64,000 nucleotides of DNA from an uncultured Candidatus Saccharibacteria bacterium (GCA_964481345.1 CAYZTC010000004.1:5731-69730), one strand, 5' to 3'. Positions 41,107-50,743 are shown, counted from the stretch's first letter. Numbers and translations: made by a program. Notes: a model not told the origin generated them from the letters alone.

Positions 41107-42408
41107 ATGATTAAGTACTTTAGGAAAATAATTGATACGTATGCTGGCAAAAGTGAGTACAAGAGGAACGTTCTCACTATGATATTGGGACGAGTTATAG
41201 GACAAGTAATTCCAATATTGATAACTCCTCTTCTCACCAGAATTTACTCTCCTGAGGAATTTGGGATATTTGCTGTTTATAGCACTATTGTAATAATAGT
41301 TTCGATGGCTTCAAATGGAAGGTACTGTTTGGTCGTTATTCTTCCTAAAGAAGATGAAGAAGCTAAGGATTTGGTCGTAATTTCTTCTGTAATCTCTTTT
41401 ATTTCTACCGTATTTTTTATTTTTTTGATCTCTGCTTTTGGTAGTAAGTTTTTTGAATTGATAAATTCAGGGGTTTTAGAAAAATATATTTGGGTAATAG
41501 TAATGAATGTTTTATCTATTGCGCTACACGAAGCACTTTTTTACTATGCACTAAGGTTAAAGAAATACAAAACTCTTGCTAAAGATGTGATATTTTACAC
41601 ATCTATTGTTGTGATAGTGAGGCTAGCGCTTGGATATGCCGGATATACTGAGTTTGGTCTCCTGGCATCTTATATGGTAGGTTATGTGTTTTCTTTTCTC
41701 TATCTATTTTTCAAACTTTCAATCCCTAAAAAGTTCATTAGTAAATTAGTTCAGTTGGATAATCTAAAACCTTTGATGATGAAGTACTCAAAGTTTCCCA
41801 GATACTCTCTGGTTGCCGATACGATGAATCTTACAGCACTGATGTCACCAAATTTATTTTTAAACAAGATATTTGGAAGTGTGACTGCAGGATACTTTTC
41901 CATGGCTGATAAGGTACTTGGCTCGCCAATATGGCTAATCACTCTGTCGGTTGGTGATGTATTCAAGCAAGAGGCCTCAGAACAACTAAGGAAAAAAGGA
42001 AGCTGCTACAAAGTATTTATCAAGACTGCAAGATCATTATTCTTATTTGGATTTCTGCCATTCCTGGCTTTATTTATAGTATCTCCATATATATTTCCTT
42101 TTATACTAGGTGAGAATTGGGAACCAGTAGGTAAATATGTACGGATATTTTCTTTGATGTACTTTGCTAAGTTTGTGGTGAATCCTGTTAGTCATGTTGT
42201 TTACATGGTAAACAAGCAAAATTACAATGTATTTTTTCAAAGCTTAAAAATTCTTTCAATTGTAATTGCTTTTAGTCTTGGATATTTGTTTAGTAATGTA
42301 GATTTAGGATTGATGCTTTGGTCAGGACTTACCGCGGTTTCCTATGTGATCATTTACGTGATATCTCGGAGATTGGCTGTGAGTGTAAGATCCTCTGTGA
42401 AATCTTAG
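41107..42408 (+). CDS. wzx: Wzx-type oligosaccharide flippase, copy 2 (paralog of 32835..34139)
   Basis: N-terminal 75 aa are ~65% identical to copy 1 (MIKYFRKIIDTYAGKSEYKRNVLTMILGRVIGQVIPILITPLLTRIYSPEEFGIFAV). Same TM topology. Confidence 0.75.
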   Translation: MIKYFRKIIDTYAGKSEYKRNVLTMILGRVIGQVIPILITPLLTRIYSPEEFGIFAVYSTIVIIVSMASNGRYCLVVILPKEDEEAKDLVVISSVISFISTVFFIFLISAFGSKFFELINSGVLEKYIWVIVMNVLSIALHEALFYYALRLKKYKTLAKDVIFYTSIVVIVRLALGYAGYTEFGLLASYMVGYVFSFLYLFFKLSIPKKFISKLVQLDNLKPLMMKYSKFPRYSLVADTMNLTALMSPNLFLNKIFGSVTAGYFSMADKVLGSPIWLITLSVGDVFKQEASEQLRKKGSCYKVFIKTARSLFLFGFLPFLALFIVSPYIFPFILGENWEPVGKYVRIFSLMYFAKFVVNPVSHVVYMVNKQNYNVFFQSLKILSIVIAFSLGYLFSNVDLGLMLWSGLTAVSYVIIYVISRRLAVSVRSSVKS

Positions 42409-42604
42409 TAGAAATTACTCAATGGTAGTAAGATTTAATATGTGTTGAATTTGAAAATGACAGGTTATCAATGTAGGGTAGGAGAGATCAAATCGACAGT
42501 TGTGATTGGATTGAATTGGAAGATGTGATGGAAATGAAGAATAAGAAGCTTTACTTATATGATATTAAAAGTCTTTAATATTCTGCTAAAATACATTTAC
42601 ACGT

Positions 42605-43840
42605 ATGAAGATTATTGTTGATGCAACAAGTACTCAAGACCAGTTAATGAACAGGGGACCTGGTAGATATGCCAATGAAATTGTTTCTAATATGGTCAAG
42701 CAAAGTGTAAAGGAGGGGAGGGATGATATTTATTATCTTCTATTATTTAACTCCCCCACCACTCTTCAACCGGTCATTTCAGAATATTCAGAAAATGTGA
42801 GGTCTATAAACATTGGTAAAAGGAGGCTATCAGGTAAATTTAATGATATCTGGTGGTGGTTTCAGTACAAACCTGCCATAAGAAAACTTATCAAAACTGA
42901 AAGTCCTGATTTGTATTTCTGTTCATATTTTTGGAGAAACTTTCCAATCAAGAAGATACCAACAGTAGTGATGATCCATGATTTAACATATGCAATTACA
43001 GGTAGATATTCTTTAGCTCCGAAATTTCTTGATTGGATAAGGAAATGGCAGTATCATAAAACTTTGAATAAACTTGAAAAAGTTGATGGGGTTCTTACAA
43101 ATTCTAAAAACACTGCAAGGGATCTACTTAAGTATGTGACTTTGGATAAGGAGAAAATTAAGACGATATATCTGGGTATATCTGACTGGGTAAAAAAAGT
43201 CCGTCCGAGAAAAAAGGTATTGCAGAAGTATCTTCCGGATGAGGTAATTGACAGAGGCTATGTTTTTTATGAGGCAGGAGCTGACCCGATTAAGAATCCT
43301 AGAGGGTTAGTAAGAGCTTATTCAGAGCTGTTAAAAATCTATGAAAAAAACAACAAGGATGATTTTCCATTTCTTGTAATGGGGGGAAAGTGTTTCACTT
43401 CGAGTGAGGTGAAAAATACTGAACTGGACTTGTTAACTAATCTTATAGTTGAGCTAAACCTCCAGGATAAGATTTTTTTTACAGGATATTACGAGGATGA
43501 AGATCTGGACGATTTAATATCCGCATCTAGATGTTTCATGCACCTTTCATTATATGAAGGGTTTGGTATTTCTGCTCTTCAGGCTATGAAGGCAGGAGCT
43601 CCGCTTGTTGCTAGCAAAATGCCTTGTTATTCTGAAGTCCTTGGGGATGGCGCAATTCTCGTGGATCCAGAAAATCCGTCGAAAGTTGCAAAAGTAACTT
43701 ATGAGCTGTTAAACAACCCTGCAAAGTCCAGAGCGCTGTCTAATAGAGGAGTTATGTGGGCTAAGAAATACACCTGGGAAAGGACAGCGAAAGAAACATA
43801 TAAGTATTTCGTTTCCATCGTTAGAAGGAGTGAAAAATGA
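42605..43840 (+). CDS. glycosyltransferase family 4
   Basis: GFGISALQAMKAGAPLVASKMPCYSEVLGDGAILVDPENP. 411 aa. Confidence 0.8.
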   Translation: MKIIVDATSTQDQLMNRGPGRYANEIVSNMVKQSVKEGRDDIYYLLLFNSPTTLQPVISEYSENVRSINIGKRRLSGKFNDIWWWFQYKPAIRKLIKTESPDLYFCSYFWRNFPIKKIPTVVMIHDLTYAITGRYSLAPKFLDWIRKWQYHKTLNKLEKVDGVLTNSKNTARDLLKYVTLDKEKIKTIYLGISDWVKKVRPRKKVLQKYLPDEVIDRGYVFYEAGADPIKNPRGLVRAYSELLKIYEKNNKDDFPFLVMGGKCFTSSEVKNTELDLLTNLIVELNLQDKIFFTGYYEDEDLDDLISASRCFMHLSLYEGFGISALQAMKAGAPLVASKMPCYSEVLGDGAILVDPENPSKVAKVTYELLNNPAKSRALSNRGVMWAKKYTWERTAKETYKYFVSIVRRSEK

Positions 43841-44292
43841 TTAAGAAAGAATGTTCAACGCCAGAAAATATTTGTATAGATGAAAACAAAGTTCTGGACG
43901 GTAAAAATCATCGGTATGATGCAAAAAACTATTTGGAGAGTCAGAAGTTTGCGATTTCTGGTTTAAAGCTGATTTTCAAAAATGAAAGGAACTTTAGAAT
44001 ACAGTTATTAATTGCATTTGGAATTGTTTTATTGGGAATCTTTTTAAATATAAGTTATAACGATTGGATCTCTTTAATACTTCTGATCACATTAGTGCTT
44101 ATTTCAGAGGCATTTAATAGTGTTATTGAAGCAGTGTGCGACACGCTTTCAAAGGAATATAAAGTAAACATTAGATATGCAAAAGATGTAGCCGCGGGTG
44201 CAGTATTTATTAGTGCTATTGTGTCAGTAATTTCTGGGCTTGTAATTTTAGGGCCTTACATAATAGAGTTTGTGAAGGTGTTGTTGGAATAA
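43837..44292 (+). CDS. dgkA: prokaryotic diacylglycerol kinase family (DgkA / undecaprenol kinase)
   Basis: Three TM helices. SEAFNSVIEAVCD and ...AKDVAAGAVFISAI match DgkA conserved motifs. ~35-aa N-terminal extension. Confidence 0.8.
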   Translation: MIKKECSTPENICIDENKVLDGKNHRYDAKNYLESQKFAISGLKLIFKNERNFRIQLLIAFGIVLLGIFLNISYNDWISLILLITLVLISEAFNSVIEAVCDTLSKEYKVNIRYAKDVAAGAVFISAIVSVISGLVILGPYIIEFVKVLLE

Positions 44293-44306
44293 TTCCTGTA
44301 TTTGTA

Positions 44307-45032
44307 TTATTCAAGATCAAGTATCCAGAGCTCTCCAGTATTTGAGATCAAGGCAAATCTTGTTGTATTTTCATTAGGGATGGCGATAATAAAATTAGCA
44401 ACAGTTTTATAACTTATCTCTTGGTTTCCTTTTGAAACTACTGTTTTCTCTTCATGGGTGGAAACGGACCATGCTTCCAGTTTTTCTTTATTAGTAAGTT
44501 GAGGATTGAGTTTACTAATGTCCCATGAATAATATGCTTCTTCAAGAAAAGGAAAAGAATTTGAAAGTATTAAGGGATCACTGCATAGGTCAACTTTTAA
44601 TGTTAGATTGGTTTCGAGTATTTTGGGGTTTGATAGACTGTACTCCTGATAAAGTAATATTTTTGTTGCGGTTTCTTTTGGATCAGTGATAACAAAATTA
44701 TAGGTGTCGCATAACATACCATCTCCAATTTTCATTGTTCTTGATATGAACTCTTTGTATATGATTGTGATATTGTCAATTATAGTTTCGGTTTGATAGT
44801 CTTTTGTGGAAAGTTTAATTAGCGTATTTTCGTGTATAGCAAGTATATTATCGTCATCTAACCAAAATATATCATCGGGAATTATTTCAGTTGGGTATGG
44901 AGCAAGAGTATCGTTATTAGAGCTGATATTGTTATCAGTTATTGAGGTACTTGGATTTGAAAAAGAGTACAGAAACAATGTAAGAACAACAGGTATGACT
45001 GTTAACATTATTAGCAAGGCTATTCTTTTCAT
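44307..45032 (-). CDS. secreted hypothetical protein
   Basis: N-terminal signal peptide. No recognisable domain. 1-nt overlap with the upstream M23 gene. Confidence 0.4.
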   Translation of the reverse strand: MKRIALLIMLTVIPVVLTLFLYSFSNPSTSITDNNISSNNDTLAPYPTEIIPDDIFWLDDDNILAIHENTLIKLSTKDYQTETIIDNITIIYKEFISRTMKIGDGMLCDTYNFVITDPKETATKILLYQEYSLSNPKILETNLTLKVDLCSDPLILSNSFPFLEEAYYSWDISKLNPQLTNKEKLEAWSVSTHEEKTVVSKGNQEISYKTVANFIIAIPNENTTRFALISNTGELWILDLE

Positions 45033-47116
45033 TAGTATCCTGGATGAGGGTTATATCCTGTAAGCCTTCCAGGATATTTTTTATAGCCAAGAGTGGGTAT
45101 TTTTGACCAGTTAGCACTTACTAGTGGTACTGGATCAGTGTGAGATTTATAGGATGAGTTTTTCCTTGTTTCGAAATGAAGGTGGTATGCAAGTGGCTGG
45201 CAATTAAATGCACCAGTGTTTCCCGTTGTTCCGATATATTCTCCCTTTTTTACATTACTTCCCACTTTTATATTTTTGGAATAACTTTTCAGATGAAAGT
45301 AAGCTGTATGAAGGTTGTTTTTGTGTTTTATCTTAAGCATGTTTCCACCGGACAGGCATTTTCCGTAATAGTTATCCCATCCAATAAAAGTAACTGTTCC
45401 GTCAGCTGGTGAATAAATATTTTCTTTTGTAGCACCAAAGTCTATTCCGGTATGAAGTTTTTGATATGCTGTTTTGCCATACCATTGAGTAACTCCAATA
45501 ATTTTCTTGAAAAAATAGCTTAAAGGTTTAGACTGACTGGAAATAACTGGGATATTTAGCGGTTTAGATTTATCAGACTGTTTTGTAAATACGAACCTGT
45601 TACTCTGTACTGTATCCGAAATGGTCTGTCTTGTTGACAGTTTTACTTGCTTGCCTTGCGGATTATCTGAAAGAGACAGTACCAATTTGAAGTTTCCATT
45701 TTTATCTATGAAAGAACTAGTTACTTCATAACTTGAATCGATGTCAGGGATTAGGTAGTTTTTGACGTTTGAAAGGAACTTTGCTTCTTTAAACCTTTCA
45801 TCTATACATTTAAAAAATGTCCTGGGATCAAATAAGGTTTTGTCTTTGCATTTGTAGTAGAGAATTTTCAGTAGTATTTTTTGGTTAACCTGTCCTTCAA
45901 TTACAACTGAATAACTGTTTGAGCTAATTTTCCAAGCAGTGATTTTTTCTATTATTGGTGGTGATACTTTACAACTAACCAGTTCGAATTTTTTGTTATA
46001 TGTAAAATATTTAATTATGCAAAGGTCGGTTGTCAGGATTTCTTTACTTTCGGAGCTAGTTGATATTGCAGAACTTCCAAGTATATTGTTATTGGAGCTT
46101 GGTTGGGAAGTAGTTGGAGGAGTTGAATTGGAATTAGATTGCGACTTGGGATTTGATTTTGGTTTAGCTTGAGGCTTAGGAGTATAGATAAAACTGTATA
46201 TGTTTGAATATGTAGAATCTCCTCTTTCATCTGTCACCTTAACCCTCCATAAATACCTACCTGGTTTATCAAGCTGTATTGAAAATAGTGGCTCATCTTG
46301 AGGACCAATTTTAATTAGTATATCTTTGAACGTATTCTTTGACAGTTCCAATGAAAAAGACAGCTTATGTTCATCGGGATCGGTGGACCCCTCTAATCTT
46401 AAACTAATATTTTTTTCAGTAACTATACTTTTGTCTTCTGGATAAACAGAGTTGCCCACTATTGGTGGGGTATTAACAAAATGTGTTACTGCGATATGAG
46501 GTTGTTCGCCATTTTCGCATGTAGGAAGGTTTAGTGCATATATGCAGTCGTATGACCAGAAAACTACAGCAGGCATTTCATCGGGTGACATTTTCAGCAT
46601 TAGCCCTTTGTCGATATTGTTAGTAATCCACCTTTTAAAATGATCAGTAATTTCAAAAAATTTCCATCCGTTCTCGGGCAAGATATCCCGAAAATATGCT
46701 ATTGTTACAGCAGATGCCTGATTTAACCATGTTATTTTATCTATCTCCCATTGGAATTTTGGGGACATTAACGTCAAATTGTAATTGTTTGTTCCTTGGT
46801 ATTGATATTGGTAGAGCTTTAAGTTTGCGGAATAGATATCTTCTATGGGAATGCCAAAGTTTGATAAATCAACCTTGAAGAATGTTCTTGTTTTATCTCT
46901 TATTCCAGGCTCATCGTATCCAGCAAAAAGATATCTTTCTTGAGATGTGTTTGTCATATGTATTCCAGTTGCTACGTATGTATCTTCTGTAATAGGGATA
47001 GTGGTTGTACCGGTTGCTCCCTGACAAGTTTTAGTCAAAAGTGAAAATATTGGAAAAATCAAGGCCAGAAATATAATTTTTTTGTAGTTGTTCATGCTAT
47101 TGATACTAGGCTCCAA
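45032..47116 (-). CDS. large secreted M23-family peptidase (canonical motif order) with N-terminal beta-rich domains and STPN-rich linker
   Basis: Signal peptide. Low-complexity linker PKPQAKPKSNPKSQSNSNSTPPTTSQPSSNN. C-terminal M23 motifs in canonical order: HTGIDFGA ... GKCLSGGNMLKIKHKNNLHTAYFHL ... GTTGNTGAFNCQPLAYHLHFE. Confidence 0.7.
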   Translation of the reverse strand: MEPSINSMNNYKKIIFLALIFPIFSLLTKTCQGATGTTTIPITEDTYVATGIHMTNTSQERYLFAGYDEPGIRDKTRTFFKVDLSNFGIPIEDIYSANLKLYQYQYQGTNNYNLTLMSPKFQWEIDKITWLNQASAVTIAYFRDILPENGWKFFEITDHFKRWITNNIDKGLMLKMSPDEMPAVVFWSYDCIYALNLPTCENGEQPHIAVTHFVNTPPIVGNSVYPEDKSIVTEKNISLRLEGSTDPDEHKLSFSLELSKNTFKDILIKIGPQDEPLFSIQLDKPGRYLWRVKVTDERGDSTYSNIYSFIYTPKPQAKPKSNPKSQSNSNSTPPTTSQPSSNNNILGSSAISTSSESKEILTTDLCIIKYFTYNKKFELVSCKVSPPIIEKITAWKISSNSYSVVIEGQVNQKILLKILYYKCKDKTLFDPRTFFKCIDERFKEAKFLSNVKNYLIPDIDSSYEVTSSFIDKNGNFKLVLSLSDNPQGKQVKLSTRQTISDTVQSNRFVFTKQSDKSKPLNIPVISSQSKPLSYFFKKIIGVTQWYGKTAYQKLHTGIDFGATKENIYSPADGTVTFIGWDNYYGKCLSGGNMLKIKHKNNLHTAYFHLKSYSKNIKVGSNVKKGEYIGTTGNTGAFNCQPLAYHLHFETRKNSSYKSHTDPVPLVSANWSKIPTLGYKKYPGRLTGYNPHPGY

Positions 47117-47618
47117 TAATTAAAAAATCATGAATTTGAAATTGAGAAATTTGGTGGGAGGGGAATCTGAGGGCGAGGACTGTCCTTGCTTGCCAAAGCC
47201 ATGCATAGTCATCTGGAGTGGCAGAAAGTCCTTCTTTGACGGGATTATTTCGGATGTAGTTAAAAACTGTTATGACTGCTTCGTCGGTAGATAGAAGCTT
47301 GGAAGCGTATCTATCCTGAAAGAAATGTCCTACATGGGGATATTTCTTATTGTAATACATTGCATATGAAGTACAAAGGGATTTCATGAACCCAGGGACA
47401 TTGGATTCATCTTTAATGTATAACATAGTATGAAAGTGACTGTTCAGAATGCAAAAAATAGTTGGCTGGATGTCAAATCTCTGTAGATATGAGAAAAATC
47501 GATCATTAAAAAATCTTTTATCTTCATGATGCCTGAAAATTTTATTTTTATTGTTACCTCTATTATAAATGTGGTAACAGTAACCTATTTCGAATGTTCC
47601 TCTGCATTTTCTTGTCAT
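47106..47618 (-). mobile_element. REP-associated tyrosine transposase (RAYT/TnpA_REP, IS200/IS605 Y1 HUH family), single domesticated-type copy
   Basis: YHIYNRGNNKNKIF...HEDKRFF...ILNSHFHTML (HUH)...VGHFFQDRYASKLL (catalytic Tyr)...NYIRNNPVKEGL...PDDYAWLW. Collinear with the TnpA_REP family consensus. Confidence 0.8.
47175..47189. repeat. REP-like palindromic motif gaggactgtccttgc (core aggacNgtcct), copy 1, inside the 3' end of the RAYT ORF
   Basis: 11-bp palindrome with odd centre. Pairs with the copy at 47678..47692 (14/15 identical, same orientation, similarity extends ~15 bp upstream). Confidence 0.35.
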
Positions 47619-47677
47619 TGTTCTGATGTTACAGGTTGATTATGAAAAATTTATTAAATTTGTGAGGAGAGATTGTC

Positions 47678-47692
47678 AAGGACAGTCCTTGC
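47678..47692. repeat. REP-like palindromic motif aaggacagtccttgc, copy 2, in the RAYT/secA divergent intergenic region
   Basis: See copy 1. The two copies lie ~500 bp apart and bracket the RAYT catalytic region. Confidence 0.35.
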
Positions 47693-47727
47693 TAACTATA
47701 GGATGTAAACAGCACCGTTTTCTAACA

Positions 47728-47736
47728 TGGTATAAT
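47728..47736 (+). promoter_or_regulatory. extended -10 element TGGTATAAT, ~10 bp upstream of the secA ATG (possible leaderless or near-leaderless transcript)
   Basis: Perfect TGnTATAAT at 47728-47736. The secA ATG is at 47746 with no SD in between. Confidence 0.35.
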
Positions 47737-47745
47737 CTTTTTGCT

Positions 47746-50700
47746 ATGATAAAACTGTTTTCAAAGTTGCTAGATTCAAATGAAAAGCAGCTTTCCAAAA
47801 GAGAAAAACTGGTAAATGAGATTAGTGATTTAGAAAAAAAAGTATCAAAACTTTCAGATGATGAGCTAAAGAAGGCTGCTGAAAAGTTCAGAAGTCAGCT
47901 GGGGGTAACGTTAGAGAGTGCCAGAAAACTGAGGGATCCCTTTCAAAAGCCTCCATCAAAACCAGAAGAGCAAATAAGAAAAAAAGAGGAAAGTAATAAA
48001 TTGCTTTCAGTTTTACCTACCGTTTTTGCCTATGTTAGAGAAGCTTCAGAAAGGACTGTGGCACATAGGCCTTTTGATGTACAGGTATTGGGGGCAGTTT
48101 TTCTTGCTGAAGGCTTTGCAACAGAGTTATTTACTGGGGAAGGTAAAACTCTTGTTGCTACAATGCCTCTTTTTCTGTATGGACTTCTGGGAAAAGGAGC
48201 TCATCTTGTTACTGTAAATGATTATCTTGCAAAAAGAGATGGTGAATGGTGTGGTCATATTTTTAATTTGCTGGGTATGAGTGTTGGTGTTATAACACCT
48301 GGAGCTTCGTATAAATATATCGACGATGAAGAGGTAAAAAAGATAAAGGGGGATGAAGGTAAAAAAGGTATAAAAGAAAGAGAGAAAATAATAGAAGAAG
48401 AAGGAAGATTGCTCATGAGTTCAATGGAAGGGCTTAACCTTGTTCAGTGTAACAAGAAGGAAGCATATGGGTGTGACATTATTTATGGAACAAATAATGA
48501 GTTTGGGTTTGACTACCTTAGAGATAACATGGCTGTCAGTTTAGACCAGAGGGTCCAGAGCCAGTTATATTATGCAATCGTTGACGAGTGTGATTCAATA
48601 CTGATTGATGAGGCCAGAACACCACTTATCATCTCATCTCAAGCCCAAGATTCAAACGAGGAATATAGAAGATTTGCAGATGTAGTTAGAAGCTTAAGAC
48701 CAGAAGTTGATTATGTTGTTGATGAAAAGGCAAATTCTGTTTCTCTGAATGAGGAGGGTGTAAATAAAGTGGAAAAGAGGTTAGGAGTTGACAACTTGTG
48801 GGAAAATTATTCGTTTGCATACCATTTAGAAAATGCACTAAAAGCAAAAGAGCTATACCATAAAGATGATCATTATATTATTAAAAATGGTGAGGTTTTA
48901 ATAGTTGACGAATTTACTGGTAGGGTACTTCCAGGAAGAAGATATAGTGAAGGATTGCATCAAGCAATTGAGGCAAAAGAAGGTGCTCCGGTAAAAAGGG
49001 AGTCCAGAACACATGCAACTATCACTTTTCAAAACTATTTCAGGTTATATGATTTTCTAGCTGGAATGACTGGTACTGCAATTACTGAGGCTGAAGAGTT
49101 TGCAGATATTTATAATCTTGAGGTTATTGTGGTACCCACGAACCTTCCAGTAGTAAGAGAAGATTTTCCCGATCTTGTGTACCGAGCAAAAGGTGGTAAG
49201 TATAAAGCAGTTATAGATGAGATAAAGGATCTATACAATGAGGGACGGCCTGTACTTGTTGGTACTACTTCGGTGGAAACTTCAGAGTTACTTTCAAATA
49301 TGTTGAAGAAAAAGGGTGTACCACACAATGTACTAAATGCAAAACATCATGAAAAAGAAGCAAAGATTGTTGCTCAGGCGGGTAAAAAAGGGCAGGTTAC
49401 TATAGCTACAAATATGGCGGGAAGAGGTACAGATATTGCGTTGGGTGAAGGTGTAGTTGATTTAGGTGGTCTTCATATAATTGGTACTGAAAGGCATGAA
49501 TCAAGGCGAATTGACAATCAGCTAAGGGGAAGGTCTGGGAGACAAGGTGATCCTGGGTCATCTAGATTTTATGTTTCATTTGAGGATGACTTGATGAGAC
49601 TTTTTGGAGGAGACGCAATGGGATCTGTTATGTCTCGAGTTGGAATGGATGACTCAACACCTATTGAGTCAGGAATGATTGGTAAAACGATTGAATCTGC
49701 ACAAAAGAGAGTTGAGTCACAGAACTTTGATATAAGGAAACACCTTGTTGAATATGATGATGTTTTAAACCAGCAAAGGGAGATCGTTTACGATTTAAGA
49801 AGAAAGATTCTTCATGTTTTAAAGGGGTTGGAGGAACAAAATGGGGAGTTGAAACCAGGAAAGGTTACTTTTGATTTTTCCAAAACTACGGTATCGAAAG
49901 TTTTAGTTGAAAAGATACAATGTTTTTCGATTAAGGATCCGTCCACTTGGGAAATTGATGAATGGACAGAGTATCCTGATTTGGTAAATCCCTTGAGCAT
50001 ATGGATTATAAAATTGTCCTTGGAACAGATTAAGTTTCTCCTGTCTGCTCAGTTAAGCGATGACAAGAAAGTTGACCCAGCTGAAGAGGGAAAAATCCTT
50101 GCTGGGTTTAACAATATCGTATCTTCTGAATTATCAGAGGTGGCGGTGAAGAAATTAGGATATAAAGGATGGGAGAATTTTTCTAAGAAATTTTCTAGTA
50201 TTGAAAATTCTGTAGAACAAAAGGATTTACTGAATAAGATTCTTGTAGTATCGCACATTATTCATGTTCAGACATTAGGGCTGAAACTTTCGGCTCAGCT
50301 TGAAAGACAGCTTATACTTCAAACTCTAGATCACCTTTGGATGGAGCATTTGGATGTGATGACTGATCTTAGACATGGGATCGGCTTAAGAGGTTATGCT
50401 CAAAAGAACCCGCTTGTAGAATACAAAAATGAGGGGTTTAGCTTGTTTGATAAGCTACTTTCTCAACTTGAGGATGCAATAATGCATAGATTTTATAAGG
50501 TAAAAGTGATGAAAAAGCAGTCTGAAGCAGAAAAAATAGCTCAAAGGGAAAGAGTAAGATCATCTTCTGATTCTCGCCCTGGAAAAGTAGAAAAACAAAA
50601 GACAGTTGTTAGACCTAGCAAAAAGCCAGGAAGAAATGATCCATGTCCTTGTGGAAGCGGGAAGAAATATAAAAAGTGCTGCTATCCAAAATATGGATAA
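47746..50700 (+). CDS. secA: preprotein translocase ATPase SecA
   Basis: MIKLFSKLLDSNEKQLSKREKLVNEI matches the SecA N-terminus. DEAD-like motor motifs are present. C-terminal zinc-binding tail GRNDPCPCGSGKKYKKCC. The track ORF (47626) adds 40 non-homologous residues. Confidence 0.9.
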   Translation: MIKLFSKLLDSNEKQLSKREKLVNEISDLEKKVSKLSDDELKKAAEKFRSQLGVTLESARKLRDPFQKPPSKPEEQIRKKEESNKLLSVLPTVFAYVREASERTVAHRPFDVQVLGAVFLAEGFATELFTGEGKTLVATMPLFLYGLLGKGAHLVTVNDYLAKRDGEWCGHIFNLLGMSVGVITPGASYKYIDDEEVKKIKGDEGKKGIKEREKIIEEEGRLLMSSMEGLNLVQCNKKEAYGCDIIYGTNNEFGFDYLRDNMAVSLDQRVQSQLYYAIVDECDSILIDEARTPLIISSQAQDSNEEYRRFADVVRSLRPEVDYVVDEKANSVSLNEEGVNKVEKRLGVDNLWENYSFAYHLENALKAKELYHKDDHYIIKNGEVLIVDEFTGRVLPGRRYSEGLHQAIEAKEGAPVKRESRTHATITFQNYFRLYDFLAGMTGTAITEAEEFADIYNLEVIVVPTNLPVVREDFPDLVYRAKGGKYKAVIDEIKDLYNEGRPVLVGTTSVETSELLSNMLKKKGVPHNVLNAKHHEKEAKIVAQAGKKGQVTIATNMAGRGTDIALGEGVVDLGGLHIIGTERHESRRIDNQLRGRSGRQGDPGSSRFYVSFEDDLMRLFGGDAMGSVMSRVGMDDSTPIESGMIGKTIESAQKRVESQNFDIRKHLVEYDDVLNQQREIVYDLRRKILHVLKGLEEQNGELKPGKVTFDFSKTTVSKVLVEKIQCFSIKDPSTWEIDEWTEYPDLVNPLSIWIIKLSLEQIKFLLSAQLSDDKKVDPAEEGKILAGFNNIVSSELSEVAVKKLGYKGWENFSKKFSSIENSVEQKDLLNKILVVSHIIHVQTLGLKLSAQLERQLILQTLDHLWMEHLDVMTDLRHGIGLRGYAQKNPLVEYKNEGFSLFDKLLSQLEDAIMHRFYKVKVMKKQSEAEKIAQRERVRSSSDSRPGKVEKQKTVVRPSKKPGRNDPCPCGSGKKYKKCCYPKYG

Positions 50701-50743
50701 AATGTTGTGAAGTACCTACTATTTCTGATATTATGTAAAAGTA

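Noticed and set aside
47626-47745. 40-codon N-terminal extension of SecA in the ORF track
   Set aside because: SecA homology starts at MIKLFSKLL (47746). The extension overlaps the REP-like motif and promoter region and has no counterpart in SecA proteins.
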